Shown: positions 12,942 to 26,064 of the stretch, piece by piece
Layout: each line of letters opens with the position of its first letter
Numbering within the stretch: the stretch's first letter is position 1
Source: Lama glama
Taxonomy: Eukaryota
Assembly (NCBI GenBank): GCA_028534125.1
Contig: CM052832.1
Coordinates: forward strand, 12,898,001 to 12,962,000
Reading direction: 5' to 3'
Length of the DNA: 64,000 nucleotides
Made by a program: the position numbers and the translations under genes
Notes under the pieces: generated by a model
Database searches by the model: none
What the model saw: only the letters and a program-made list of their open reading frames with translations
Told to the model about the DNA's origin: nothing

Positions 12942-13725
12942 GTGGCCATTGTTAAAGGGTCCATGAACGATAAATGCTGGAGAGAGTGTGGAGAAAAGGG
13001 AACCATTCTCCAGTGTTGGTGGGAATGTAGTTTGGTGCCACTATGGAAAACAGTATGGAGATTACTTTAAAAACTAAAAATAGACCTACCATATGATCCA
13101 GCAATCCCACTCCTGGGCATATATCTGGTAGAAACTCTAATTCAAAAAGATACATGCACCCAATGTTCAGAGCAGCACTATTTACAATAGCCAGGACATG
13201 GAAACAACCTAAATGTCCATCAATGAGTGACTGGATAAAGAAGTTGCAGTATATTTATACAATGGAATACTACTCAGACATAAAAAGGAATAAAATAATG
13301 CCATCTGCAGCAATATGGATGGACCTAGAGATTGTCATTTTAAGTGAAGTAAACCAGAAAGAGAAAGAAAAATATCATATGATATCACTTATATGTAGAA
13401 TCTTAAAAAAAGACACAAATGAACTTATTTACAAAACAGAAACAAACTTAGACATAGAAAACAAAGTTATGGTTACCAGTGGGAAAAGGGGGTGGGAAGG
13501 TATAAATTGGGAGTTTGAGATTTGCAAATACTAACTACTGTATATAAAATAGATGAACAGGTTTATACTGTATAGCACAGGGAACTATATTCAATATCTT
13601 ACAGTAACCTATAATGAAAAAGAAAGCGAAAAAGGATATATGTATGTATCTATATGCCTGAAACATTATGCTGTACACCAGATATTGACATAACATTGTA
13701 AACTGACTATACTTCAATTTTTAAA
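12942..13725 (+). mobile_element. Relatively young 5'-truncated L1 (artiodactyl-type 3' end)
   Basis: ORF 13154..13534 = ORF2 C-terminus (PMFRAALFTIARTWKQPKCPS); near-TSD aatatt(g/a)tat at 12932 and 13726. Confidence 0.92.
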
Positions 13726-13794
13726 AATATTATATAATAAATCAGGTAACAGAGGTAAGTCCAAAGTGCTATGTTTATCTCTTTTTCTCAGTGG

Positions 13795-14300
13795 TTCATT
13801 CAATAAATGTTTATTAAGCACATGCTATACATCAGGTGTATTCCAGATATATACAGTGATGGGGAAAACAAAGTTCCTGCTCTCATGAAACTTGCATTCT
13901 AAGGAGGGAAGACAACTGATAAGCAAGTGAACAGATAAGTATATATAATAATTTCAGCTAGTGACAAGTACTGAGAAGAAAATAAAACAAGTTGATATAA
14001 TGGACTTTTATCCCAGATAGTGAGAGGTAGCCATTCCTAGTAATTCCATCCTGTGATTGACCGTTTCAGGAACAGGCCCAAGACCCCGTGGAGGGGAGCA
14101 TCTAGGGGGCCTCTGGATAAGGAATGTCTCTCTGGGGAGGTGATGCTTAACAAAACTGGGAAGATCTGTGGGAAGAGCATTCCAAGCAGAGGGAACAGCA
14201 ATTGCAGTTCCAAGTAGGGGAAACAAGTCTGATGTGTTCCAAGAACAGTCAGAAAGCCAGTGAGTGGAGCACAGTGAGTAAGGGCATGGGAGGATATGGG
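13795..14300 (-). mobile_element. L2 fragment
   Basis: tcattcaataaatgtttattaagcac start; gggaagagcattccaagcagagggaacagc. Confidence 0.7.
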
Positions 14301-14304
14301 AGAT

Positions 14305-14800
14305 TAACTGGTCCAGTATCCCTCTCCACCCTTCTAACGTACCTTCCTGCGTCTCAGAGGGGAAAACTAAAACCAAATGCTCCAGCCTCCCTTGCAGCTG
14401 TGGTCCTGAAGGCTGGACATGGATTGTGAACTTGGGAAGGTAGAAGTGAGGCAGAAGCCATCTTCCTGCCATCTCTGACTGCTGCTGGCAAATAAGGTCA
14501 CAGGGTCATCCTGTTTCTCTGCAGCAATGTTCCAATGATCGGTCCCTAGCCTGTGAGCAGCTGTAGCTTCCTGATCTCTGGGTTGCTATTGTGGTGGTGT
14601 TTTCTGGAAATCAACAGTTCCAAAGGTGGCCTCCTGATTCCCACCTTCCCAAGGGGGGCAGTGGCAGCAGCTCTCCTGGCAGTCAGTCAGGTACAGCAGT
14701 GTTATTCTAGAAGTCATCCCAGAGGCTTAGCACAAAGCTTCTTGTACCCTTCCAAAGATTTTGAAGGAATTGCCTCAAATTCCTGGAGTAGCCTCTGGTT
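14305..14800. mobile_element. ERVL LTR (LTR16-like)
   Basis: cagcctcccttgcagct...ggaaggtagaagtgaggcagaagccat motif. Confidence 0.5.
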
Positions 14801-15339
14801 TCCTGCAGCTGGTCCTGACCGATATGGGGGTTTTGGAGACCCCGCTGTCAGCCTTGGGCTACCCCACCTTTAAATAGAGATGTACCCATCTAATCCTACC
14901 TTCTGTTTCCCAGGGCAGAGCCAACTTCATGTTCATAACAACACATTTTCCCTCACTACCTCGGGGTGGTTCAAACGTGGTCAGAGAATTGTTGGCAATC
15001 TTAATAAGCAAGCCCACAAGTTTCCCTTTGTCTGTTGTGCTTGTTGAATTGCTCAAAGAATTTGAATAGCTGTGGCAGGCTTGGTTTCCTTTGGCTGTGT
15101 CTCCCTGAGTGGTTACACTTAGCCAGATGTTCACTTTATTACAACTCCCATAGGCTAGCCAGCTATGGAAATGATACCGATCTGGATTTCCAGGTGACTT
15201 GCCAGTTAGAGTCAACATTAAGAAGTGCTACTGTGAGCAAAGTTTGTACAAAAAGCACCAAGGAAATATGTAAAGCTTCCCTTCAGGTCCTGACAGTCTA
15301 GTAGAGAGAAATACAGAGACAGAGCATAATAACTTATGT

Positions 15340-15555
15340 TGATAGTGTGTTGACAGCTATTGCTCCAAATGAATGAACTCATTTAATTCTCACAACAACC
15401 CTATGAATTAAATCGTACTGTTTTCCCCATTTTACGGATGAGGAAACCGAGTCTCAGGAAGGTTAAGTCACTTTTCTAGAGTCACACATAAAGTGACACT
15501 GCTGGGACTTGAACCAGGCAGTCTGACTCCAGAGCCCCTGCAGTTAATCACAACC
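15340..15555 (-). mobile_element. MIR SINE
   Basis: ccccattttacggatgaggaaaccgag core. Confidence 0.85.
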
Positions 15556-15815
15556 AGTGTGTGAGGCTCACGGAAAGCATTAGGGGAGCAAAGCAGAGGT
15601 AGAAATAATTTAGCCGAAGGGAATCAGAGCAGGCTTCCCCTCCTCCGAAAGAAATCTCCCTTTTATGGTCAATTCAGCAAATGTGCACTGGACCTGGACT
15701 TTGTGCTGGGTCTTGACAAAGGTGCTGGTGATGTAAAGATGAATGAGACCTGCCTTCCTGCCCTTGAGGGGCTCACAAGTAGGAGGAGAAGCTAACAGCT
15801 AAGAACATTAATTGT

Positions 15816-18545
15816 GAGAGAGCTGGCCAACATGGCGGAGCAGGGAGGCCCTGAGCTCAGCTCCTGCCACGGGCACACCAAAATTACAACCATGTATAGA
15901 ACAACTACCTATGAGGACAACCTGAAGCCTAGCAGAAGAGACTTCTGCAGCTAAAGTAATAGAGAAGGAACCACAATGAGACGGGTAGAAGAGGCGGAGA
16001 CGTAGTATAGTCAAGACCCACACCCCTGGAGAGGTGGCCCACAAATGGGAGGACAGTCACAATTGCAGTGGTTCCCCTCAAGGAACAAAGGGTCCCACCT
16101 TCACATCGGGTTCCCCACCCCTGGGTTTCTACGCCAGGAAGACAAACCTCCAGAACAACTGACTCTGAAGGCTGGTAGGGCTTACTTTCAGAAGAGCTGG
16201 AGCAATGTAGGAAACAGAGATGCCGATTTTTTTAAATGCGTGCAAAATCTCACACACTCTGAGTCCCAGTGCACAGGCAGTAATATGAAAGGAGCCTGGG
16301 TCAGACCTACTTGCTGACCTTGAGAGCCACCCAGAGAGGCAGGAGGCAACTAGGACTCCCCCTGGAGTCCTAGGCACAGCAATCAGACAAGAAAAGAAAA
16401 AAAAAGGCACCCAACTTGGAAAGGAAGAAGTAAAACTGTCACTGTTTGTAAATGGCATGACACTTAACTATATATAGAAAACCCTAAAGATACCACCAAA
16501 CAAACTATTAGAACTAATAAATTCATCAAAGTTGCAGGATACAAATTAATATACAGAAATATATTGCATTTTATATACTAATAATGAACTATCAGAAAGA
16601 GAAATTAATAAAACAGCACCATTTACAACTGCATCAAAAAGAATAAAATACAAAGGAATAAGTCTAGCCAAGGATGTAAAAGGCTGGTACTTGGAAAACT
16701 ATAAGATGCTGATGAAAGAAAGTGACAACACCACAAACAAATGGAAGAGTATACTGTGCTCATGAACTGGAAAAACTTCTATTGTTAAAATGACCATAAT
16801 ACCAAGACAATCTCCGGATTCAATGCATCCCTATCAAAATGCCAAGGGCATTTTCCACAGAACTAGAACAAATAATTCTAAAATCTGTATGGAAATACAG
16901 AAGACCTCAGATAGCCAAAACAATCTTGAGAAAGAAGAACTAACCCAGAGGCATCACACTCCTTGATTACAAAGTATACTAGAAAGCCACAGTAATCAAA
17001 ACAGTATTGTACTGGCACAAATACAGACACATAGATCAATGGAGCAGAATTGAGAGCCCAGAAATAAACCCACAATTACATGGCCAATTAATACACTACA
17101 AAAATGTAGAAATGGTAAATTATAAATAATATCAATAAATGGTGTTGAGAAACTGGATCACTACATGCAAAAAAATCAAACTGGACTACTTTCTCACACT
17201 ATATACAAAAATAAACTCAAAATGGATTAAAGACTTAAATGTAAGACCTGAAACCATAAAACTCCTAGAAGAAAATACAGCAGAACAGTTTTGACATTGG
17301 TCTTAGCAGTATTTTTTTGGATCTGTCTCCTCAGGCAAGGGAAAAAACAGCAACAATAAACAAATAGGACTAAACTAAACTAAAAAAGCGTTTGCAGAGC
17401 GAAGGAAACTATTAACAAAATGAAAAGGTTGCCCACTAAATGGGAGAAGATATTTGTAAACAATATATCTGATAAGAGGTTGATATCCAAAGCATACAAA
17501 GAACACATACAACTCAGCATCAAAAAAATAAACAACCCTATTACAAAATGGGCAGAGGACTTGAATAGATAGTTTGCCAAAGAAGACACACAGATGGTCA
17601 ACAAACACATGAAAAGATGCTCCACATCACTAATCATCAAGAAAATGCAAATCAAAACCACAATGAGATATCACCTTACACCTTCCAGAATGGCTATTAT
17701 CAAAAAGATAACAGATTACAAGTTTGGCACAGATTTGGACAGGGCACTTTCCTTCACTATTAATGTTGAATGGTAAATTGGTGCAGCCACTGTGGAAAAC
17801 AGTATGGAAGTTTCTCAAAAAATTAAAAATAAAACTGTCATATTATCTAGCAATTGTACTTCTGAGTATTTATCCGGGAAAATAAAAATGTTAATTCGAA
17901 AAGATATATGCACTCAATGTTCATTGCAGCATTATTTACAATAGCCAAGAGATGGAAGCAACCTGAGTGTCCATTAATGGATAAATGGATAAAGATGTGG
18001 TATATGTATATATAGGATAGATATGTCATATCTATCCTATATATACATATATTTACACACAATGGAATATTACTCAGCTATTTTAAAAAAGAATTCTTGT
18101 CATTTGCAACAACATGGATGGATCTAGAGGATATTATGCTAAGTGTAATAAGTCAGACAGAGTAAAACAAATACCGCATGATCTCACGTATACTTAGAAT
18201 CTGAAAAACAAAACAAACAAGCAAAAACAGACTCACAGATACAAAGAACAAACCAGTGGTTACCAGAAAGGATGAAGGTGGGGGTGAAATAGGTGAAGGG
18301 AATTAAGAGGTATAGATCTCCAGTTATATAATAAATAAGTCACAGGGATATTATATACAACACAGAAAATGTGGTTAATAACATTGTAGTAACTTTATAT
18401 GGGGACAGATGGTTGCTAGACTAATTGTGGTAATCATTTCATAATGTATGCAAATGTCAAATCGTTATGTAATACACCTGAAACTAACATAATATTGTAT
18501 GGCAAACTAACAAATAATGTATTTTGATTTTTAAAAAGTAAAGAC
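15816..18545 (+). mobile_element. Internally deleted L1 (L1MA-like): 5' UTR fused to mid-ORF2, then 3' UTR
   Basis: ccaacatggcggag 5' end; switch to ORF2 at about 16362; FADDM decayed to FVNGM at 16445-16459; recognisable 3' UTR. Confidence 0.85.
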
Positions 18546-18549
18546 AAAG

Positions 18550-19476
18550 AGGTAGACTGCTTGGGGTCTTGAACATTTGTCTGTCTCTTCTTCAACAGTG
18601 GCCAAAACAGACCCAGGGGGTTCTCTTGTTCCAGCCTCCCATGGCCCTTAAACCTTTTTTCCAGTCGTGACCTTCGGAACCAGCGCCTCTGCTACCCTCG
18701 GCCTCCCGACTAGCCAACACCATTTTCTGAACTTAGCTCCTTATTACCGATCAACCATGAGCTCCCCCATTGGTCAGAATTACTACACCGAGGTGGAGGC
18801 CGAGGTCAACCTCCTGGTCAACATGCATCTGCAGGCTTCCAACACCTACCTCTCTCTGGGCTTCTATTTCCAGCATGAGGTCAGTGTGGCTCTGGAGGGC
18901 AGGGGCCACTTTTTCTCGGAATTGGCGGAGGAGAAGTGCGAGGGCACCCAGCGTCTCATGAAAATGCAAAACCAGCGCAGCTGCCTTGCCGTCTTTCAGA
19001 ACATGCAGAAGCTGTCTCAAGATGAGTGGGGTAGAACCCAGGATGCCACAGAAGCCGCCGGGCTCCTGGAGAAGAACCTGAACCAGGCCCTTTTGGATCT
19101 GCCTGCCCTGGGTTCTGCACGGGCAGACCCTCAGCTCTGTGACTTCCGGGAGAGTCACTTCCTGGATGAGGAGGTGAAACTCATCAAGAAGATGGGCGAC
19201 CACCTGACCAACCTCCGCAGGCTGGCTGGTCCCCAGGCGGGGCTGGGCCAGTATCTCTTCCAAAGGCTCACCCTCAAGCACGACTAGAGCCTCTGCAACC
19301 CAGCGGCCTTTGAGGAGCCCCTCTGGTGTCAGTGCTTCTGCCTGAAGCCTCTCTCTGCAGCCACTAGGCAGCTTTTTAACCACACTGGAGCCCTCTCTGA
19401 AGCCTTGGACCAAATGGAAACAATAAAGCTTTTTACAGCAAAAAGCAAACAAACAAAACACACTAAAAAAACAAAA
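18550..19476 (+). pseudogene. FTL: Processed ferritin light chain retrocopy; open frame 18757-19287 (176 aa)
   Basis: Intronless MSSPIGQNY...RLTLKHD; FTL-like 5' UTR with CAGTG remnant at 18596; AATAAA 19422-19427; decayed poly(A) 19440-19476. Confidence 0.95.
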
Positions 19477-20355
19477 CGTTATTAGAACTGGTTACTCCTA
19501 CCTCCTACCAATCCTGGTGCAGCTAAGTAATGCAGCTCACTAATGTGGCTTTCCACAAGCAGAGTGAGAAAATGAAAAATCCGTAGTTAACGTCTTTTTT
19601 TTGTTAATTGAAGTATAGTTGATTTACAATGCTGTGTTGGTTTCTGGTGTGCAAGCATAGTGAATATAGTTTCGTGTTCTTATAGTAGAACCTTGTTTCA
19701 CAGTTTACTTTTTATAAGTGAATATCTGTTTCTGGTTTTTCAGTGTAATTTTACCAATATTATAATAAAATCAACCCCCCCCCAAATAAAAGAACATGAA
19801 TTGTGATACAGGATAACAAGGAGTTCGGAGACAGCACCAAAGGGCAGGTCAGCTCTGCAGGTGACTCACAGATAAGAAAAGGCTTCTTAGAGGAGGGGAC
19901 ACACAAGTTGAGCTTTGAACAGTGAAGGTGGTTTGCCATGCCAACAGTCTTGGGGGAGAGGGGAGGCACAGGTGGAGGAAGGGTGGAAGACATCCCAGAA
20001 GGAGGGAACAGCAAGTGCAAAGACAAGGAAGTGGGGACGCGCTGGTGTGTCTGAGGAGGTGGGAGCTGGGGGTTGGGTTGCTGCAGTGCTAGTGGGCAGC
20101 AGCCAGAAAGAGGGCTGCAGAGTGAGTGGCATGTCTTGAAGCGGCCACCATACTGTGTCAAGGAGCTTGCGCTTCGGGGAAGTGTTTTTCAAAATGAAGG
20201 TTGTAACCCATTCGAATATGATGAAGTCAATTTAGTAGTTCAAGACCAGTATTTTAAAAAATAAAAAGGAAAGTAAATGGGATAGACTAGATTAGAAGTC
20301 TTCGTATTAAGGGTAAGCACCATTTTGTGAAAATGTTGTTTGAGTTTTATATATT

Positions 20356-20880
20356 GTGGCAAATTCTACAAGTTTTCCATCATTCCAGTCTCCTCTTCTT
20401 CATTTTAATAATTGGATCCCCACGTGTTGAAACATGGCTGCCCATCTAGAGACTATATTTTTCAGCCTCTTTTGCATTCAGATGTGGCCATGTGCCTAAG
20501 TTCTGGCCAATGCTGTGTGAACAGTGGTGGTGTGTGCCACTTCTGGATCCTGTTCCTAAAAGAATGGCATGCACTCCTTTATGTCTTTCCCTTTTCCCAC
20601 TGGCTGGGATACAGACATGATGGTAGGAACGAGAGCAGTCACATTGGGCCCAGAGTATGAGAGGGTTAAAGCCTTGAACAGTATACCCCTAGACTATAAA
20701 AAAGAAGTCAAGGGGAGCACCATTCTACTTGTTACATGAGATGCTGCCCAATTCATAAATTATTGAATAATGCTAAATAGACTTTCAAAAATAAAAGAGA
20801 GAGAAAGAGAGAAAGAAAAGTCAAGTTATGCAAAAAATAAATTTCTAATTTAGTTAAGGCACACTTACATTTCTGTTACA
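20356..20880 (+). mobile_element. MaLR LTR (MLT1-type), interrupted at about 20660-20810
   Basis: tgtggccatgtgcctaagttctggccaatg; ends tttctgttaca. Confidence 0.65.
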
Positions 20881-22138
20881 TTATTTCAGACAAATCCCCA
20901 ATATACAGACATGTGTATGTATATATGTGTGTGTTCACACACACACACACACATGCCCCAGGCCAAATATAAATTATTTAAGGATTATGGTTTAAAAAAA
21001 AAAATAGAGAAACTGCCTGCCCTTAAAATGTTTTAAGCAAGTGAGAAATGTGATCAGATTTGTGTTCTGAATTAGGTCCATAGAGGTTAGGTAACTGATT
21101 CAACAGCATTTAAGCTAAGTAGCAAAAGCTGGTCCTTGAACCCTGACCCTTGAATCCAAGACTTGGCCCCTTCAGTGTCACCAGTTGACAAAGATGTGTT
21201 TATCTTACTGTCTTTCAATCCTTGAACACTTTTCTCCATCACATTGTTCTCCTAACTTTCTAGTTACTTCAGTTCAATTCAGCAAATATTTATTGTAAAC
21301 CTAGTACCTAGTACGTTGTAAAAACGTAAGAACCACCTTCAAAAAAAGATCCTTAACTGGAATTGTAAATAGATACATAAGTAGATCTGCATTTAGGCAT
21401 GAATCAGTGTATAAACATACCTTTCCTAGCTCTGAGCCCTGAGGTGGTGTAGAAGCAGTGATGCCCTAGGAGCAACTGAGCACTTCTGGAACCCAGATTT
21501 GGTTTTTAAATACCATTCTTCCATAAAAGGAACCAAAATTCCTTGAAAAAGTGGTTGATTGTGGGCTGGGGAGGGAAAAAAACACAAGGTGAGCCTGAAG
21601 CATACTGTGGTGGGCAGGAAGTAGGAGAGGGCTCAGAAAAGGATGGGATCTCCTCAAAAGGACACAGGAACCACCCTGAAAGTGCTCCTTATGGCCAAGC
21701 TGGAAGAAAATAGTAACAACAGTGTTGGCTTTTCTAACCCATAGAATAAAATAAATATCCATTAGTCCATACTGATACAAATAAAGAATTGCATGAACAA
21801 ACGACTTCCTTAACTGAGTATCTAGATGACTAGAAATACAAAGGTGTCAGAACTGAGGAGCGGTTGAGTAGGCTTGAATAATTACAATTTGTGGTAACTC
21901 TAACTAAAACCCACTTGTAATTGGACCAAAGATTAAAGACCTCATTCTTGTCTTGTCTCTGCCACTCAACAGTCTTGTCACCCTCAACATCTGTAAAATG
22001 GGGATAAGACCATCTACCTTGCTGACCTCGTGATTCTCCAGAGAAATAAAGTATATGAAAGAAAGGTTAAATGCAAAACAAAAACAAAAACAAATCCCTC
22101 CTTAATCACCAAGGATTTTGACCATCCATTTCATGATA

Positions 22139-22755
22139 CAATTGCTCTCTATTATTCATGGATTCTCTATCGGTGAATTTGCCTTCTCGCCAAAACTTAT
22201 TTGTGACCCCCCAAATCAATACTCACAGTGCTTTCACGGTCATTGTAGACATGTGCAAATCATCAAAAAAAAAAAATCTGTCACCACCACGCATGACTTG
22301 CCCAGCATTGCCAGCTAAGGTGGGGCAACATGACACCACCTTCTTGTTGCAGCTCTCAGTGTAAACAAGTGTCTTTTTGTGGTATAGTTAGTGCCATGCA
22401 TTTTTGTGCTTTTTGTTGGTGACTTTGCTGTTTAAAACTGCCCCCAAGTATAATGCTGAAGTGCTGTCTAGTGTTCCTCAGTGCAAGAAGGCTGGAACAT
22501 GCCTTACAGAGAAAATACGTGTTAGATACACTTCCCTCGGTCATGAGTCACAGGGCTGTTGGCCATGAGTTCGATGTGAATGAGTCAATAGTATATATTA
22601 AATAAGATGAAGCACACATAAAATATTCATGACCAAAGACTCACAGGGACCTAACCTTGTATTTCCTCTAGGAACAGTGGTTCACTATCCACTAATTCAG
22701 TGTTTGCAGCAACTTTACGGAGTACAGCTACTGTGAATGACAAAAACTGACAGTA
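22139..22755. mobile_element. MER82-like Tigger DNA transposon
   Basis: ttattcatggattct...aaaacttatttgtgaccccccaaatcaatactc; TA-flanked. Confidence 0.75.
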
Positions 22756-23969
22756 TTTCGTAGCACTTTCTGTGTACCTGGCCCACCCTATACTTTCTTT
22801 GACATAGTCTCAAATATTCCTTACAATATCCTAGGGAAAAAGGCTTTTGTCTTAGGCACCTGTCAGTCATTTAAGGGTTGAACTTTGTTGGCTCCTCTGC
22901 TGTTTTCTCAGCCTAACAGATGTCTGATTAGCTGAGTACTTGTAGTCACATTTTTCTTTCAAGTAGTCCAATAATTTTTCTTGATTGCTGTATTCAGGCT
23001 TTACCAATTTCAGAGAGAAAATGTTTACTGAGGTGACAATCACTTGAATTTTTTTCCCCCAAAAGTTTCCTGCAACATTTTAGGAGGAAAAACTTCAAAC
23101 CGAAAGAAAAGTTGAAGAAAAGTAAAATGAACACCCATAAACCCTTTGAAGACTTGTCACATGGTGATCAGATTCATGTAGAGTCACAGAGTGAAGCTAG
23201 GACCAAGGAAAGGAAAGCAGCTGAAGACAAACTCCAGTTTGAAACAAGGAAGAATTTTCTCTCTTGAAGGCGGATGGGCTCAGCTAAGGCACAGTGCCTA
23301 CAGCCAGGGATGTGCTGGAGCTGATCCCTGTACTGGATAGGAGGGAGTCTAGACAACAGGTCAAGTTGTCTGTGAGTCCACAATCCACTGTTTTGTCTGA
23401 GTTCTAAACTGCCACAGGATTGTTTTTATAGTGGTTGTATAGGGTTTCAGCCACCTCATGCTAACTCAGCATTTCAGGGCGGATCTGAGAGCTCAGCCTC
23501 CATTTGTAATGTGGTTTCTCTGGAAAGATGTGTTGAATTTCAAACATGTGGTACACAAACAAACTTTTGAAACATGACCTCGTAGAAGCTGGAGAATTGT
23601 CTGTTCTTCTTTTGACTGGTCCTTAAACTCCTTGAAGCATCCCAGCTGCCCTCCTAGTGCTACTGTTCCAGGACTTGGGAACTCTGCATTTGCCTTATTA
23701 AATTATGATATTCTGAACTTCAGATTCCAACGTGGATTTGACCAGACAGGATGGAAGAAGACCTGAGATCTGGCCCCTTTTACTCAGATTCTCCCAGCTC
23801 AGCACCATGATTTTGTCTCAAAAATGCACCAGGTGACAGATTGTAAACCTTGACCTTACATCTGTCCTTATATTCATTTTTTAGGGCCTCCCTGAAACCG
23901 AAGGCAGGGGCAGTATGGTGTATATGGAAGACCCTCAACTTGGAGAGAGATAAACTTAGTCAAAATTCT

Positions 23970-24311
23970 ACTCTGCCCTCCATATCCATGAGTTCCACAT
24001 CTGAGGATTCAAACCAATTGTAGACTGAAAATATTTTGGGAAAAAAACTTCCAGAAAGTTCCAAAAAGCAAAACTTGAATTTGCTGCACTGACAACTGTT
24101 TCCATAGCATTTACATTGCATTTATCACTATTTACAGAGCATTTGCATCATATTAGTTATTATAAGTAATCTAGAGATGATTTGAAATATACAGGAAGAT
24201 GTGTGTAGGTTACATACAAATACTATGCTGTTTTCTATAAGGGACTGTGGATTTTGGTATCCGAGGGAGGTCCTGGAACCAATCCCCCATGGATGCAGAG
24301 GGTCAAATGTA
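23970..24311. mobile_element. MER2-like Tigger element inserted in a MIR
   Basis: Inverted ends ccctccatatccatg / catggatgcagaggg; MIR halves on each side. Confidence 0.8.
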
Positions 24312-24424
24312 CTAGCCATGTGACCACGGTAAATTACTTAACTTCTGTCTTAGTTTTCTCATCTCTAAAAGGGAAATGATTATACACTCGTAAGTGTCTG
24401 TAAATGTCAACGAATGGTCATTCT

Positions 24425-24716
24425 CACAAATGACATGATATATGACACCATTTAAATGAAATACTAGAACAGGCAAAACTAATCTATAGTGAAAGAAAGG
24501 AGATCAGTGGTTGCCTGGGGCTGGTGGGGGCGGAATGGGTGATCGACTGCAAAGGGCCAAGGGAACTTTTGCGGTGGTGGAAATGTTCTATATCTCAATG
24601 GTGGTAGTGGTTACCTGGGCATGTACATTTGTCGAAACACATCAAACCGTGAACTTAAAGTAGGTGCTAGCTAGTGTATGTAAATGACCCCTCGATAAAG
24701 TTGGTTTTAAAAATAA
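24425..24716 (+). mobile_element. Old L1 3' end (L1ME-like)
   Basis: aacaggcaaaactaatctatagtga...atcagtggttgcctgggg. Confidence 0.7.
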
Positions 24717-26064
24717 TATTCATTCCCTTCTTCTTTCCATCAGTGAAAATGTGTTGGATTACGGCACACATTTTCCAGAGCCAAATATATATTTTATCTT
24801 TTATTTTAGACTATTCATATTATCATATAATTTCCACCATGGATCAACGTAAATAAATGAGACCTGATTTGATATGAAATCTCACTTTTTAACTGACTTG
24901 TATTACAAAATTGGAAAGATGTGTCACGAGGGGTGTTGGGGGGGCAGGTACTAGGACCAAGGTACAGTTAATGTATACTTAAAGACACCACGCATTTTTT
25001 AAAAATCACTAACTTACTGGGAATGTATTTTTCTGGTAAACTATTAAAAGCTTGCCATAAAATAAGACAATAGTGATGCGGGCTTGGATGAATGGAGTTG
25101 CCTGAGCAAGCTTTTTACTTTTGCTTATTCAATAACCCTCTTCCCCCACACCACCCTCTTCTCACAACAGCTCCTCCCATCCTCCAAGGGGGAAGGGTGC
25201 ATACTAGACAACTTCTAAGGAATTTTCCTGCTCCCACAACACTTTTGTTTGCTTACATTTCACTGGGACATAACTTTGTCCTGTGTCCACACCTAGCTGC
25301 AAGGGAATCTGAGGAATTTAGTCTTTATTCTTAAGGAAAGCCATGTGACTAGCTAAAACTCAGAGCTTCCATTACCAATGGGAAAAAAATAAATAATAGA
25401 AGTTGACACAGGCAATGACTCATCTCTGCCCAAAGCCATATCTAGTAACAGAATATTTCATATATAATGGTGGAAAATTAGGAATTACCAAAATTAATCA
25501 CGTACTATGGCCATATCAAAATGCTATGTTTACCCATAGTTCTCGAAATGAAAACATTTCAATAGCACGTTGTTAAATGGGAGGAAAATAGGTTACCAAA
25601 AATATGAGCTCTGTTCTGCAAAATTATATGTAGATAATATGTACGTATATGTAACTATATAAATAAAAACAAATATATATGTGTGTATATGTATATGGAT
25701 GTGCTAAAAGTATTTCTCTCTGGGGTGGTAGGGTTACATCATATAACTTTAATTCACCTTATACCATTACTTTCACTAAAAAGCACGTATCATAAAAAAT
25801 ATGTGGGCACCTGTGTCTCTCAGGAACTTCATGAGCGGAGCCGAGAGGCGATCAGTGGCAGGGTGGAATTCAGGGGTGGGAAGGTCCCAATCATTTTCCT
25901 TCAGGCACACAAGTTCTATTCAGTTCCTGGGTTCCTGGGAGCTCCCAGGCAGTGGTATCCAGAAGGCTACTGATCTCCAGGCTCGAACTCAGGAGAGAGG
26001 TCTGGGCTGGGTTATGGGAATTACTAGGGAGAAGATGGTCCCTGAAGCCAGGAGAGGCAGCACA

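Noticed and set aside
18751..19461. 236-aa antisense ORF
   Set aside because: Shadow of the FTL coding frame
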